A DNA stretch of 64,000 bases, from assembly GCA_049513715.1 (NCBI GenBank), contig JBEKVV010000002.1, positions 192,001 to 256,000 on the forward strand, written 5' to 3'. Shown here piece by piece: positions 17,511 to 27,627 of this stretch (position 1 is the stretch's first letter; each line of letters starts with the position of its first letter). The position numbers and the translations under genes were made by a program. This DNA comes from Candidatus Bathyarchaeia archaeon (lineage in GTDB: Archaea; Thermoproteota; Bathyarchaeia; 40CM-2-53-6). The notes beneath the pieces were generated by a model. It searched no databases. It was not told the DNA's origin and worked only from the letters and a program-made list of their open reading frames with translations.

Positions 17511-18317
17511 CTATCGTTGAGTGAGCTTTGCGTGTGAACTTCTCAGGGCCTTCGAAAGGTTCGAGGCTGCACTTTGAACATCTCGCTCTGCCCTCATCGC
17601 GTTCTCCGATGTGGTTGAGAAGTGTAATTCAATGAACGGCTTACCAGCCTCCACCCCCCGCGGGTGGGACTTAATGTAGACCCGTGGCCAACGTTCCATC
17701 ACGCGGTCTATCATTGGCGCCAACGCGGACTCCATGATCCCTTGAACAAGAATCCATTTCTCCAAGAACACCGTCCCCGCTGCCTTCGACCTCACTGCCT
17801 TCGCCACTGAGCCCCTGAAAATACCCTTCGCCTCCTTAGGTACACCGGGCAACACAAACACCTCAATCCTATGAACCGTCAGCCTCACACCTGGAGCCGT
17901 ACCCGCAGGGTTTCGCAACGGAACGCTCCCCTTCGGGATCACCGCCATCTTCACCCGCGGCTTCGTCAGCTGCATCGTCTCCCCCGGAAACCGGCGCGCG
18001 TAATGCGCACGAACCATCGCCAAAGCGTTCACGTCAAGCCTCAAGCGCAACCGAAAAGCTGCAGCAACGCCTTTCAAAGTCATATCATCGAACGTGGGCC
18101 CAATCCCACCCGTCGTAATCAGGAAGCTCGGTTTTCTTCGAACCGCCTCCCGAACGGCATCAACTATCTCCCTTAGGTCATCGGCAACGGTCGTGATCCG
18201 AGTAACTTTCCCACCGAGCGAAGTAACTTGGGCCGCAATCCAGGACGCGTTGGTGTTGACCGTGTTCCCAAGTAGGAGCTCGTTTCCTATGGATAATATT
18301 TCAACGGCGCATGGCAA
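17511..18317 (-). CDS. CinA-like molybdopterin-binding domain protein (competence/damage-inducible, N-terminal type)
   Basis: IGNELLLGNTVNTNA, TGGIGPTFDDMT, NPAGTAPG, LPGVPKE and YIKSHP. Confidence 0.88.
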   Translation of the reverse strand: MPCAVEILSIGNELLLGNTVNTNASWIAAQVTSLGGKVTRITTVADDLREIVDAVREAVRRKPSFLITTGGIGPTFDDMTLKGVAAAFRLRLRLDVNALAMVRAHYARRFPGETMQLTKPRVKMAVIPKGSVPLRNPAGTAPGVRLTVHRIEVFVLPGVPKEAKGIFRGSVAKAVRSKAAGTVFLEKWILVQGIMESALAPMIDRVMERWPRVYIKSHPRGVEAGKPFIELHFSTTSENAMRAERDVQSAASNLSKALRSSHAKLTQR

Positions 18318-18433
18318 TTCTGAACAGCCTCAACCAAGGCCGTCACATTCGAATGCCGACGGTTAAACAGTATTCTCTACTAGGATAAGGGTAGCAGGGA
18401 ACGTTTTTCTCAGAATGTGGGGTCCTGAGGGTT

Positions 18434-18646
18434 TCAATCGCCTTTTTTCGAGAGCCACCATTTCAGGTAGTCGTTCTGGCGTCGTTTCCTTTGCTCTTCA
18501 GGGCTCTCTCTTTCCCGAATTTTCATTCTGCCTTCCATCAACTGTTGGGAGTTCACGGTGAGCCCACAGCTTTTGCACGTGTACTGCTTCAGGGCGCTGT
18601 CGTAACTTAGGACGCCGCCACACTCTAGACAATAGTTAGTGGTCAC
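18434..18646 (-). CDS. Small zinc-ribbon protein
   Basis: CLECGG...YTCKSCG followed by a charged helix and YLKWWLS; co-oriented downstream of ABCE1. Confidence 0.75.
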   Translation of the reverse strand: MTTNYCLECGGVLSYDSALKQYTCKSCGLTVNSQQLMEGRMKIRERESPEEQRKRRQNDYLKWWLSKKGD

Positions 18647-18704
18647 TTTGAACTGTTTCTCCGAGTTTGTAACTGAAACTCGCGGTAGTTAAACCTGTAG
18701 CAGC

Positions 18705-20483
18705 TTATTCAGTCGCAGAAACGTAATAGAATTCCCCGGAACTTTTCTGTTCTTTATCCAACTTGCTATCCAGCTTATTTATTCGCGGCCGCTTCGTTTC
18801 CGGATCTCGCCTGAACGTTGTCCCCATGTCAGCGAGGAAGAGGTTCATGGCCTCGCGTAGTGGCAGCGGCTTCGAGCCATGCCCATTCTTGCTTGCAACA
18901 CCGCTGAAAACCATCATGCGGTCGGCGAGGAAATCCTGCGCCACAATATCATGCTCCACAACGAAAGCGAAAGCCTGACGCGAGTCGACCAAATGCCTCA
19001 ACGCTCTCGCCACGTTCAACCTCTCCTCAACATCGAGAAAAGCGCTCGGCTCGTCTATGAGGTAGACTTGCGCCTTCTTTCCTAAGCATGAAGCAATTGC
19101 CACACGTTGAAGCTCCCCACCACTAAGTTTCTTAATCTCCCGTTCCAGCAATTTATTGATTGATAGGGGCCGAATTACCTCATCCGTGAACAGGGCGGAG
19201 GAGTAGTCGTCCGCGGTTGCGGTTAGAAGTTGCTCCACCGACCCTTCATAATCCGATGAGATATACTGAGGTTTGTAACTGACCAGGAATTCATTCATGC
19301 TGGTCCTGTTGTAGTACTCCAAGAGTTCTTTGACGAACGTGGTCTTCCCAATCCCGTTTGGCCCAACAATTCCTACAATATCGCCCGCATTCATGTAGCC
19401 CGCGTCCACCTCAACACTGAAGTTGCCTAGCGTTTTCGAAATCTTCGGCCATTCCAGCCTAGCCTCTGTCTCGACACTGGTTTCGCGGGGGGGCCTTACG
19501 TGGAACCGAATCGGCTCGTCTCTGAAACGCATGTTTTCGTCTGGGAGGAATCCAGTCAGGTAATCGTTGATTCCACCTCTTGTGGGGTGTCCGTGGGATA
19601 CGACGCCGTACGAGCTTGGTTGGCCATAAACCAGGTAGATCTCATCCGAAAGGTAATCCAACATTGCCAAGTCGTGTTCTGCAACGAGCACAGACTTGCC
19701 TTCATCGACCAATGTTCGAATGGTTCTGGCGGTTCGAATTCTTTGGTAAATGTCCAGGTGGCTTGAGGGTTCATCGAAAACGTACACATCCGCCGCCCTC
19801 GACATGGCCGCGGCTATGGCGACGCGCTGCAGTTCGCCGCCACTGAGAACCTTCACATCCCGATCAAGAAGTGGCTTCAGCTCCAGTTCCTCTATCAGTG
19901 CCGGAAGTTTTCCTCGCTCATCCGCCCTCTTCAGTATCCCGCCAATTTTCCCCTCAAGCAGCGACCCGATTTTGTCGACGTGTTGGGGCTTATGGATGAC
20001 TTTGAGTTTCTTCTCTGAAACCTTCCCAAAGTATTCGTAAAGTAATGTTCCCCGGTACCTTGAAAGAACGTTCTCCCAACTCGTCTTGGTTTCGAGTTCA
20101 CCGAAGTTGGGGGTCAGTTCTCCAGCTAAGATGTTGAGTGCTGTGCTCTTTCCAGTTCCATTTCTGCCGATCAAGCCGATGACGGTTCCGCTGCGTGGAA
20201 CTGGAAGCCTGAAAAGTTTGAACTCGTTCACGCCGTAGCTGTGAATGCACTCCCCGTCGAGTTCTTGTGGCAGTTTGACGATGCTTATGGCGTCGAAGGG
20301 GCACTTTTTGATGCAAATCCCACAACCGGTACAGAGCTCTTCGTCGATGATCGGCTTCTTCTCGCCGGCGACGAATTTTATCGCGTATCGTCTATTCAGA
20401 ACCTCGGGGCAGAACCTGTAGCAAGGGATTCCGCAGTCATCCGGTTTGCAATGTTCCTTGTCAAGTGTGGCTACACGTATCAT
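18705..20483 (-). CDS. rli: Ribosome recycling ATPase ABCE1/Rli1
   Basis: N-terminal Fe-S cysteines (CTGCGICIKKCPF) and two ABC domains with LSGGELQR. Confidence 0.96.
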   Translation of the reverse strand: MIRVATLDKEHCKPDDCGIPCYRFCPEVLNRRYAIKFVAGEKKPIIDEELCTGCGICIKKCPFDAISIVKLPQELDGECIHSYGVNEFKLFRLPVPRSGTVIGLIGRNGTGKSTALNILAGELTPNFGELETKTSWENVLSRYRGTLLYEYFGKVSEKKLKVIHKPQHVDKIGSLLEGKIGGILKRADERGKLPALIEELELKPLLDRDVKVLSGGELQRVAIAAAMSRAADVYVFDEPSSHLDIYQRIRTARTIRTLVDEGKSVLVAEHDLAMLDYLSDEIYLVYGQPSSYGVVSHGHPTRGGINDYLTGFLPDENMRFRDEPIRFHVRPPRETSVETEARLEWPKISKTLGNFSVEVDAGYMNAGDIVGIVGPNGIGKTTFVKELLEYYNRTSMNEFLVSYKPQYISSDYEGSVEQLLTATADDYSSALFTDEVIRPLSINKLLEREIKKLSGGELQRVAIASCLGKKAQVYLIDEPSAFLDVEERLNVARALRHLVDSRQAFAFVVEHDIVAQDFLADRMMVFSGVASKNGHGSKPLPLREAMNLFLADMGTTFRRDPETKRPRINKLDSKLDKEQKSSGEFYYVSATE

Positions 20484-20564
20484 GGATTAACCTCCGTTGA
20501 AAGGGAAAGTTGAATTCTCGCTAATGATTCGATAAAACAGACGGAGTCTTGAGGCTGTGTTCAG

Positions 20565-20663
20565 TTACCACTCCTCTTCTTCTCCCCATCCCTCTTCTTC
20601 TCCCCACTCATCGTCTGTCCAGTCATCTTCTTCGCCATTGTCCCAGTTATCTTCTTCACTCAC
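20565..20663 (-). CDS. Acidic Trp-repeat microprotein, 32 aa (MSEEDNWDNGEEDDWTDDEWGEEEGWGEEEEW)
   Basis: Read manually: GTG at 20663, TAA at 20565-20567, GGAG about 10-13 nt upstream, TATA-like TCTTAAAG at 20720-20713; below the ORF-track size cutoff. Confidence 0.65.
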   Translation of the reverse strand: MSEEDNWDNGEEDDWTDDEWGEEEGWGEEEEW

Positions 20664-20805
20664 GAGAAAAATCTCCGAGGCGAAAGCACGCCTACCCCCC
20701 CTAGGGGGGGGTCTTTAAGATTTTTGGCTGATTTTGGGACATTTCCTGTTCTCAGATCAGTACACCTTCAATCAACTTTGCGCAATGGAGTTCAGGTCGG
20801 ACAAG

Positions 20806-21762
20806 CTAGTTTAGGGCTGCGACAATCTTCCCACGAGCCTTTGCAACATGATCCTTTGAGTTCGCGTGGGCCAGTGCCCATGGCATGTATGGGGTGTTGT
20901 GGACAGCGGCTACTCTGCCCTTTCGGTCGATTGCGATTACTCCGGCTGCGCCGTTTAGGCGTTGTGACGCAGATCTCACAGCCTGCGTAGCGGCTTTCTC
21001 GGCAGCAAGCCCTTGCTCCATCAGGAGGCAGACGGTCTTCGACAGGGTCAATCTGATGGCTATCTCGCCTACGCCTGTTACGGTTGCGGCGCCGGCAAGG
21101 TTGTCCGCATAGAGCCCGGACCCAATTTGGGGGGTATCCCCTATCCTCCCAGGCAGTTTCATCATCACTCCGCCCGTCGATGATGCAGCAGCAAAATTGG
21201 CCTCGGAGTCCACGGCAACAGCGCCTACAGTGTCACCTAGGATTTCCGGGTGAGCCTTCAGCAATTCCGGGTTATTCTTCACCCAACGAACCCTCTGTTT
21301 TCTGGTTCCACTCCTCAGTTGCCTCAGCATCTTTTGCCTCTCTTTGGTGACGGGGTTTCGTCTTGGTAGGTGAAAGGCGTCAGCCAGTTTCTCAGCCACA
21401 GCGCCCGAGAGTACAACATGGTCGGTTTTCTCCATCACGAGGCGGGCTAGTTGAACAGGGTTCTTGACTGTCCGGACCAGGGCGACGGCGCCTGCGGAGA
21501 GGTCTCTGCCGTCCATTATGGAGGCGTCCAGCTCCGCTGTTCCCGTGACCGTCAGGGATGCTCCAAGTCCTGCGTTGAAGACAGGGTTATCCTCCATGAC
21601 CTTGACTGCTGCCATTACGGCATCCAGTGCAGACCCACCTTTCGATAGAATCTCCGCGCCACATGAGGCAGCGTTTCCCACTCCCACCACTCCTTTGCGT
21701 ATCGCCTTCCCCCAGAACCCAGCACCGCCATGAACAAGGATCGTTCCTCTCACCATGATCAC
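20806..21762 (-). CDS. iaaA: Isoaspartyl peptidase/L-asparaginase (Ntn hydrolase)
   Basis: VHGGAG, FNAGLG, ELDASIMDG, DTVGAVA (catalytic Thr), STGG and GRIGDTP. Confidence 0.93.
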   Translation of the reverse strand: MIMVRGTILVHGGAGFWGKAIRKGVVGVGNAASCGAEILSKGGSALDAVMAAVKVMEDNPVFNAGLGASLTVTGTAELDASIMDGRDLSAGAVALVRTVKNPVQLARLVMEKTDHVVLSGAVAEKLADAFHLPRRNPVTKERQKMLRQLRSGTRKQRVRWVKNNPELLKAHPEILGDTVGAVAVDSEANFAAASSTGGVMMKLPGRIGDTPQIGSGLYADNLAGAATVTGVGEIAIRLTLSKTVCLLMEQGLAAEKAATQAVRSASQRLNGAAGVIAIDRKGRVAAVHNTPYMPWALAHANSKDHVAKARGKIVAALN

Positions 21763-21853
21763 CGATTATTGTAGAGTAGTTATCCGTCAGAATGAAGCCA
21801 TTCCGTGTACCGGACTAATCTTTAAGCAATTTGCGCATTTGTTGAGGTAAGAG

Positions 21854-22495
21854 TTGGTTAGCTGTTTGGTCCGTGTGCTGAAAGCTGACATGGACGGGTT
21901 AGCGGCAGCCGCTGCTGTTGTCTCTAACGGGGGAATCATATGCTATCCAACAGACACAGTGTACGGGTTGGGTTGCAACCCACTCAACACCCTGGCAATT
22001 GAGAAAGTCATCAAAGCGAAAGGCTCCAGAACAAAAACGATGCCAGTCCTTGTTGGAGGACTTGAGGACGCGGAAAGGATTGCTCATTTCTCAGGCGGCG
22101 CGAGGAGGCTTGCCAAGAAATTCTGGCCTGGTCCACTAACGATTGTGCTGCCCGCGAAGGAGGCCGTTCCTCAACTTCTTGCGCCGGAACGAACGGTTGG
22201 GGTCAGGTCGCCTAAACACCCCATTTGCCTAGACCTACTGGGGCTATGTTCTGGAAAGTTGGTGGGGACCAGCGCTAACCTGAATGGAAAGCCTCCCGCA
22301 ATCGAAGCGGGGGATGCTGTAATATCTCTCGGCGATAGTGTCGACCTAGTGCTTGACGGCGGTAAATCTCCGATCGGAGTTTCCTCCACGGTAGCCGACC
22401 TAACCAAGGACCGGCTCATAATTCTTCGGGAGGGGCCAATTGCTAAGCGAGAGATTATGCAGTGCTTGAAAAGTCGAGGCCAAGATAGCTATTAA
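21854..22495 (+). CDS. sua5: L-threonylcarbamoyladenylate synthase (Sua5/TsaC)
   Basis: YPTDTVYGLGC, FWPGPLT, TSANLNG and SSTV. Confidence 0.93.
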   Translation: MVSCLVRVLKADMDGLAAAAAVVSNGGIICYPTDTVYGLGCNPLNTLAIEKVIKAKGSRTKTMPVLVGGLEDAERIAHFSGGARRLAKKFWPGPLTIVLPAKEAVPQLLAPERTVGVRSPKHPICLDLLGLCSGKLVGTSANLNGKPPAIEAGDAVISLGDSVDLVLDGGKSPIGVSSTVADLTKDRLIILREGPIAKREIMQCLKSRGQDSY

Positions 22496-22525
22496 CGTGA
22501 AAAGCGTACATCACGCCATTTCCCG

Positions 22526-23062
22526 GTGCCACGTTTGCTAAGCGATTTCAACCTAGTAATCTCCACAAGCAGAGGCAATGAACAGAACACCTGCAGCGAG
22601 ATGTGGTACCTACTCGGTGAGGTCGGAGACCGCGGCTCGTTCATCGAGACCACAGGAGTGATCGGGTTGGTCGTTGCGAAAACAAAACTCGACCCAGTTA
22701 AGGCGATCAGGGATTTGAGGAGTTTGCTGAAGGAGCGACCCTGGGAGTTCAAGTATACACTCAAACTGGTTCCAATCCAAAAAGTGGTCGAAGCCCAGTT
22801 GCCACAACTTCAAGAGGCTGCCGTGGCGCTTGCGAGTGGAATTGCGCCGAAAGAGAAATTCCGGATCACAGTCGAGAAGCGGCACACCGACCTTTCCAGC
22901 AAAACAATAATCGATACAGTGGCCAAGAAAATAGAGCGAACAGTCAACCTCGATTCACCTGACAAGATTGTTCTGATTGAGATTATTAGTCAGCGGGCGG
23001 GTTTAGCTCTAATAACGCAGGACGATATTCTTTCAATCGAAAAGGCCAAGCGGGCAGCTTGA
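22526..23062 (+). CDS. THUMP domain RNA-binding protein
   Basis: FRITVEKR...VNLDSPDKIVLIEII THUMP signature. Confidence 0.88.
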   Translation: MPRLLSDFNLVISTSRGNEQNTCSEMWYLLGEVGDRGSFIETTGVIGLVVAKTKLDPVKAIRDLRSLLKERPWEFKYTLKLVPIQKVVEAQLPQLQEAAVALASGIAPKEKFRITVEKRHTDLSSKTIIDTVAKKIERTVNLDSPDKIVLIEIISQRAGLALITQDDILSIEKAKRAA

Positions 23063-23066
23063 TCGA

Positions 23067-23633
23067 TTACTTCTTTATTGTTAACATCGCGGATCTTTCG
23101 GTCGCGAGCTTTTCAACGGCAACCTCAACCCTCTCGTCTTTTCGGAGTGCGGCTTTCAGCTCCAGCTCTCCAATGCCAAAGGTTGACCGAACAGACTCAA
23201 TTCGAGGCTGCGTCCACTGGTTGACCAGTTCGTCGTTGCTCGGTTGCTTGAGAAGTTGGCTCAAGAATTCCCCCGCATCTGCCACTTCTTGCGGTTTAGC
23301 ACCCACGGCAAGCGCAGCGATTTTGCCTGTTTTGCCAGCCACTCCTACTCGTTTGATTGCTTCGCTGATTTGTCTACTGGCAGCAACGTACAGTAGGATC
23401 TCCATGCTCAGGGTCTTGGCTATTGGCTGCTTAGATTGAAATGATTTGACGGCGTTGAGGATCGCGAGTAGCAGATATCGCGAGCCAGCAACTCGGTTCA
23501 GGTCTACTAGCTGCACGCACACTTCGGGAAATCGCTTTCCAACCCCGCCGAGCACTTCGTCTACGTTGTCTAGGTCAATGTTGAACCCTGATATCCAGAC
23601 GTGTTTGGACACTTCGGGCAGTTCTAGGATCAA
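23067..23633 (-). CDS. cgi121: KEOPS complex subunit Cgi121
   Basis: IAKTLSMEILLYVAASRQISEAIKRVG motif. Confidence 0.88.
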   Translation of the reverse strand: MILELPEVSKHVWISGFNIDLDNVDEVLGGVGKRFPEVCVQLVDLNRVAGSRYLLLAILNAVKSFQSKQPIAKTLSMEILLYVAASRQISEAIKRVGVAGKTGKIAALAVGAKPQEVADAGEFLSQLLKQPSNDELVNQWTQPRIESVRSTFGIGELELKAALRKDERVEVAVEKLATERSAMLTIKK

Positions 23634-23636
23634 ATG

Positions 23637-24233
23637 TTATGACCCGTCGCCGGTAAGCTGAATCAACGATTCTATGGTCTTGCTATCGAACCCACATCGG
23701 TCGAGGATTCGGCGAACAGACTCGAGGTCACGCCCCTCTGCCTTCGCCTCTTGGATGAGAAGCTTGGTCACCTCCAGTCTCTCCCAAGGGAAAATGATCC
23801 AATTGGCTGTGGAGTCGGCGAAATAATCGGGTTTGAAAGTACTGTGGGGCTTGAAATAGATGGTAGCCGTCTTGACCCCTGCAGCCCCTTTTTCGAGCAT
23901 GTGCTCCATAGCTACCTTCAGGCTTTTTCCAGTGTCAGAAACGTCATCCACCACCAACACACGCTTCCCCGAAATGTCTTCACCAATTGGTTGCGTGACA
24001 ATTGGTTTGCCCGCGGTCTTGCCTATGCCCACATAGAATTCAATTTTCACATTGACAGTGTGCGTGTTCTCGAGCAGGTCCGATAGAATTCGGCCGGGCG
24101 CCCAACCTCCCCTCGAAACACCGACAATTATGTGGGGGTTGAACCCTGATTTCCGAATCTGGAGCGCCATGTCCATGAGCATTTCGTAGACTCTATCCCA
24201 GCTTGGGGCAACATACGCCCGCGTCTCTGACAT
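23637..24233 (-). CDS. Type I phosphoribosyltransferase (purine PRTase-like)
   Basis: VLVVDDVSDTGKSL PRPP loop, VGVSRGG and WIIFPWE. Confidence 0.9.
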   Translation of the reverse strand: MSETRAYVAPSWDRVYEMLMDMALQIRKSGFNPHIIVGVSRGGWAPGRILSDLLENTHTVNVKIEFYVGIGKTAGKPIVTQPIGEDISGKRVLVVDDVSDTGKSLKVAMEHMLEKGAAGVKTATIYFKPHSTFKPDYFADSTANWIIFPWERLEVTKLLIQEAKAEGRDLESVRRILDRCGFDSKTIESLIQLTGDGS

Positions 24234-24591
24234 CAGGGCACCATTGCTACCGCAGAGATTCCGTTGTTAGTATAAGTGTTGTTGCGGTCAGCGGAGATGC
24301 ATCTCCTCATCTGGCGTGAGGGGCCTCGGTGCAGGTCAGTTAATCCACGTCATGCCGCACTTGAACTAACGCGAACTCTCTTAACAAGCATTCGCAGCGA
24401 CAACCGACAGAGATTGCGAGACAAGTTCGTGAATTTCAGAGTTCAGAAACCTTTTCTGCACCACTCTCCAACCGAATCACAAACTAGAAGCCGGAGAGCG
24501 CGTAAACATCGCAACAGCACTAAAGAAAACTCCAGCTTGGCTGGCAATTCTGCTTCTTATTCTGGTAGTTGGGTCTGGATTTGTACTACAC

Positions 24592-25935
24592 GTGCATGCG
24601 AGCAATACTGAGACACCATTAAGCCACATTTTTGTGATCATGCAGGAGAATCACAGTTTCGACAATTACTTCGGAACATATCCGACCGGAAACGGAACCA
24701 TTGAGAATGATTTCACATTGCGGCTGCAGAACGTCACCGGTTTTCCCAAAGGGATGTGCCTTCCCTTGGACGCAGGTTGCGTGTCACCTTACTGGGTGAA
24801 TGGAAGCAGCACAGCAAATCCTGTTGAGGGCCAGCTGACATACGAGAATGATTTTGACGGCGGTAGAATGGATGGGTACGGTCGTTATTCTGGAGTTCAG
24901 TCGTTAGCTTACTTCGACTACCATCAAGTAGCAGCGTACTGGAACTATGCCGAGGAATATGGCTTAGCGAATGACTATTTCGCGTCAGCGCTAACAACTA
25001 CGACGCCGAACAGACTCCTGTTGCTTACAGGGGATTCGCCAGTTTCCCAAAACTATGGCCCACCACCCTTTATTCAGTACAATAATACGATAGTCGGACA
25101 ACTTTCCGCCCACAGCGTCTCTTGGGGTTACTATGATTTTCTCAGCGCGTACGGCACTGTGGGAAATGTGTATCCGATCAACTTCACCCTGGGCATGACC
25201 CCGGACGACCTGAATAGGGTCCGAGATGTTTCAGCACTCTTCAGCGATTTATCCGATGGGAGTGGATTGCCTTCCGTGAATTTTGTTATGGCTCTTGGTT
25301 CTGATAGTTTGGATGAACATCCACCACAGAATGTTACTGCGGGCGAGCTGTGGGCCGTGTCAGTCGTCAACGCCATCATGAAGAGTAGCTATTGGCCGTC
25401 GTCCGCAATCTTCGTAACCTGGGACGAAGGAGGAGGCTACTATGACCATGTACCCCCACCGCAAGTTTTCAAAATAGACCACGGTTTCGACCATGAGTTG
25501 ATTGGGTATGGGCAAAGAGTGCCTTTTCTCGTCATTTCGCCCTACGCAAAAGAAAACTACATATCCACAACCATCCTGAACCACATGTCCATCGACAGAT
25601 TCATAGAATACAACTGGCGCCCTCCACCACTAACGAAAAACATAGCCGACTCAAACAACCTGCTGGACTTCTTCTACTTCAGCGGCCCACCTCGGTCACC
25701 GATAATCCTCCAGCCAATTGGACCATACTCGTACGCTTCCTATCCAATACCAATTCAAACTCCATTCGCTAACCTGCCATATGCGAGAACTGGCCCTTCG
25801 CGCACGCCACCTTCGGAGTCGAATGCAACACCATTATTCCTAGAAGCAATTTCCGTGGCTGTGGTGGCGGCCGTGTTGTTGATCACATTAAGGAAGTCTT
25901 GGAGTCGACGCCGTCGGACTTCTTATATGACTTGA
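24592..25935 (+). CDS. Membrane-anchored phosphoesterase (phospholipase C/acid phosphatase AcpA family)
   Basis: MQENHSFDNYFG, TPNRL, DEHPP, TWDEGGGYYDHVPPP, GQRVP and a C-terminal TM. A signal-peptide-like stretch lies in frame upstream of the tracked start. Confidence 0.88.
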   Translation: MHASNTETPLSHIFVIMQENHSFDNYFGTYPTGNGTIENDFTLRLQNVTGFPKGMCLPLDAGCVSPYWVNGSSTANPVEGQLTYENDFDGGRMDGYGRYSGVQSLAYFDYHQVAAYWNYAEEYGLANDYFASALTTTTPNRLLLLTGDSPVSQNYGPPPFIQYNNTIVGQLSAHSVSWGYYDFLSAYGTVGNVYPINFTLGMTPDDLNRVRDVSALFSDLSDGSGLPSVNFVMALGSDSLDEHPPQNVTAGELWAVSVVNAIMKSSYWPSSAIFVTWDEGGGYYDHVPPPQVFKIDHGFDHELIGYGQRVPFLVISPYAKENYISTTILNHMSIDRFIEYNWRPPPLTKNIADSNNLLDFFYFSGPPRSPIILQPIGPYSYASYPIPIQTPFANLPYARTGPSRTPPSESNATPLFLEAISVAVVAAVLLITLRKSWSRRRRTSYMT

Positions 25936-26923
25936 GTTTGAAAACCGCAATGATTGCTAACCCGGCAAGCACGATGCCGAGGTAGTACATTTGGAATGGT
26001 GGGGATTCGCCAGTTTGTTGGGCGCCTCCTTTTGACATTACGAAGAACGAGTAGAGGGTTGATCTCCAAACGAAGTTGTAACCTTCCACGTTGAGGTAAA
26101 CATAGGATATGACTGGTGGCTGCTGGCTAGGAGTCGTCAGGTTGAGAACTCGCAACGTATTCTCGAGGTAAGGTGAAATGTTCAACATAATTGTCTGGTT
26201 ACCGTTGGCGTTGAGCTGGAGCAGACTGTAGACAACAACTTGTGGGCTAACTATCAGGAAGCCATCAGATCCTGTGGCTGACTTGGCCAGAACTCTTGAG
26301 CTGTTCCCGTCCATCCAGAAATTGAGAACAGTGTAGATGAGTTTGTGAGGGGCGTTTGGAACGTATTCGGTTATTGAGATGCCTATTGCGGCCCACTCAT
26401 TCGTGGAACTCAGCAACTTCGGTGGTCCCCAATCGAGGGAGACGCTTACGGTCCATTGCCAATCTGTTCGCAGCCCTACGTATGCGGGAGCTGTGAAATC
26501 GCTTGTGAAGTTTGCCTCGTTTACGGCGGGAGGATGGAATCCGCCCTTCACGGTGTAGTAGTCGCCCCATTCGACACGTCTGAATTGCTGGGTTCTAGGC
26601 ACCTCCTTGAAGTTGCAGCATTGCGGACCTACGGCCAAATGCGGCATTCCAACATGCAAATCCTGCCAGGGACCAACAGAGTATCCTATGCGCCCATAAC
26701 CTGGCCCCGAGTCCCAAGTGATCGAGATGTTAGTCAACCCAACCTCAAAACCGGGGATGAAGTTTGCGTCGTAAATGGGGCCGATGTCTGTGGAATTTAG
26801 GGTCGGGTCAATGTTGTAGGCTTGATAACCCTCGGGCGGGTTGAGGAGGACACCCGGGGTCACCACTACGTTTCCGGTTGAGGAGCCGACCAGTAGCGCA
26901 CATATGAGAAGAGCGATGAGCAT
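25883..26923 (-). CDS. Secreted, membrane-anchored hypothetical protein
   Basis: Signal peptide, beta-rich body with N-x-S/T sequons, C-terminal TM. Confidence 0.7.
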   Translation of the reverse strand: MLIALLICALLVGSSTGNVVVTPGVLLNPPEGYQAYNIDPTLNSTDIGPIYDANFIPGFEVGLTNISITWDSGPGYGRIGYSVGPWQDLHVGMPHLAVGPQCCNFKEVPRTQQFRRVEWGDYYTVKGGFHPPAVNEANFTSDFTAPAYVGLRTDWQWTVSVSLDWGPPKLLSSTNEWAAIGISITEYVPNAPHKLIYTVLNFWMDGNSSRVLAKSATGSDGFLIVSPQVVVYSLLQLNANGNQTIMLNISPYLENTLRVLNLTTPSQQPPVISYVYLNVEGYNFVWRSTLYSFFVMSKGGAQQTGESPPFQMYYLGIVLAGLAIIAVFKLKSYKKSDGVDSKTSLM

Positions 26924-26929
26924 GAAAGC

Positions 26930-27619
26930 TCAGCTTTTCACGTTAATGTTCGCTACTGTAATAATGACGCTTCCACCAGTGAACGCTGATCCGCGCAACC
27001 CGTAGATGTAGAGCGACGACAAACTGGCCCAGGCTATTGGGAAATCAGCGAGGACGACTGTATTGCCGACTGTTATTGTCAGGTTTCCGTTTGGTCTCGA
27101 GGCGAGTTGCGGATTCACGGGTGATGGTGGGCCATAGTTAACATACTGCAATGTCACATTATTGGCGCTAATCCAGCTGGGTGAAGTTGAATTGTACAAC
27201 ACCAACCCGTAGGTGTTGTTCCAGTTCTGGGAGAAGTACTCGATTCGAAGCAACCCATCGCCTCTCATCTGCACGATGATGGTTGGGATGGATAGATTCT
27301 CGCTTGGATATTCAGGCGCTAAGGCGAACTGAGCCTCTGAGCCTGCAGCGCCATTCGCTGGAGGTACTAGTTGGCTCTGGATACTCATTTTCCAAGAGCC
27401 GGCATAGGTCGTATTGAATTTGTATTCGGTGTCGTTTGATATTGGTTGATTGAATTTGCCGTAGGGAACTGAAAAGGAGACCATCTTATCATAAACGAAT
27501 TCCCTGGGGGCGCCTCTTTGCAGGTTGACTTGATTATAGAGGATGATGATTGTAGCGGATTCGGCAACTAGGACAACGAGCAAAACCGCAACGAGAATCT
27601 TGAGTTTATTCAACGACAC
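26930..27619 (-). CDS. N-terminally anchored extracellular hypothetical protein
   Basis: N-terminal TM and a beta-rich, N-x-S/T-rich domain; co-oriented in the operon. Confidence 0.7.
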   Translation of the reverse strand: MSLNKLKILVAVLLVVLVAESATIIILYNQVNLQRGAPREFVYDKMVSFSVPYGKFNQPISNDTEYKFNTTYAGSWKMSIQSQLVPPANGAAGSEAQFALAPEYPSENLSIPTIIVQMRGDGLLRIEYFSQNWNNTYGLVLYNSTSPSWISANNVTLQYVNYGPPSPVNPQLASRPNGNLTITVGNTVVLADFPIAWASLSSLYIYGLRGSAFTGGSVIITVANINVKS

Positions 27620-27627
27620 ATTTCCTT

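Noticed and set aside
21854..23633. sua5-THUMP-cgi121 cluster as a novel system
   Set aside because: These are known tRNA-modification (t6A/KEOPS) components, so clustering is unsurprising.
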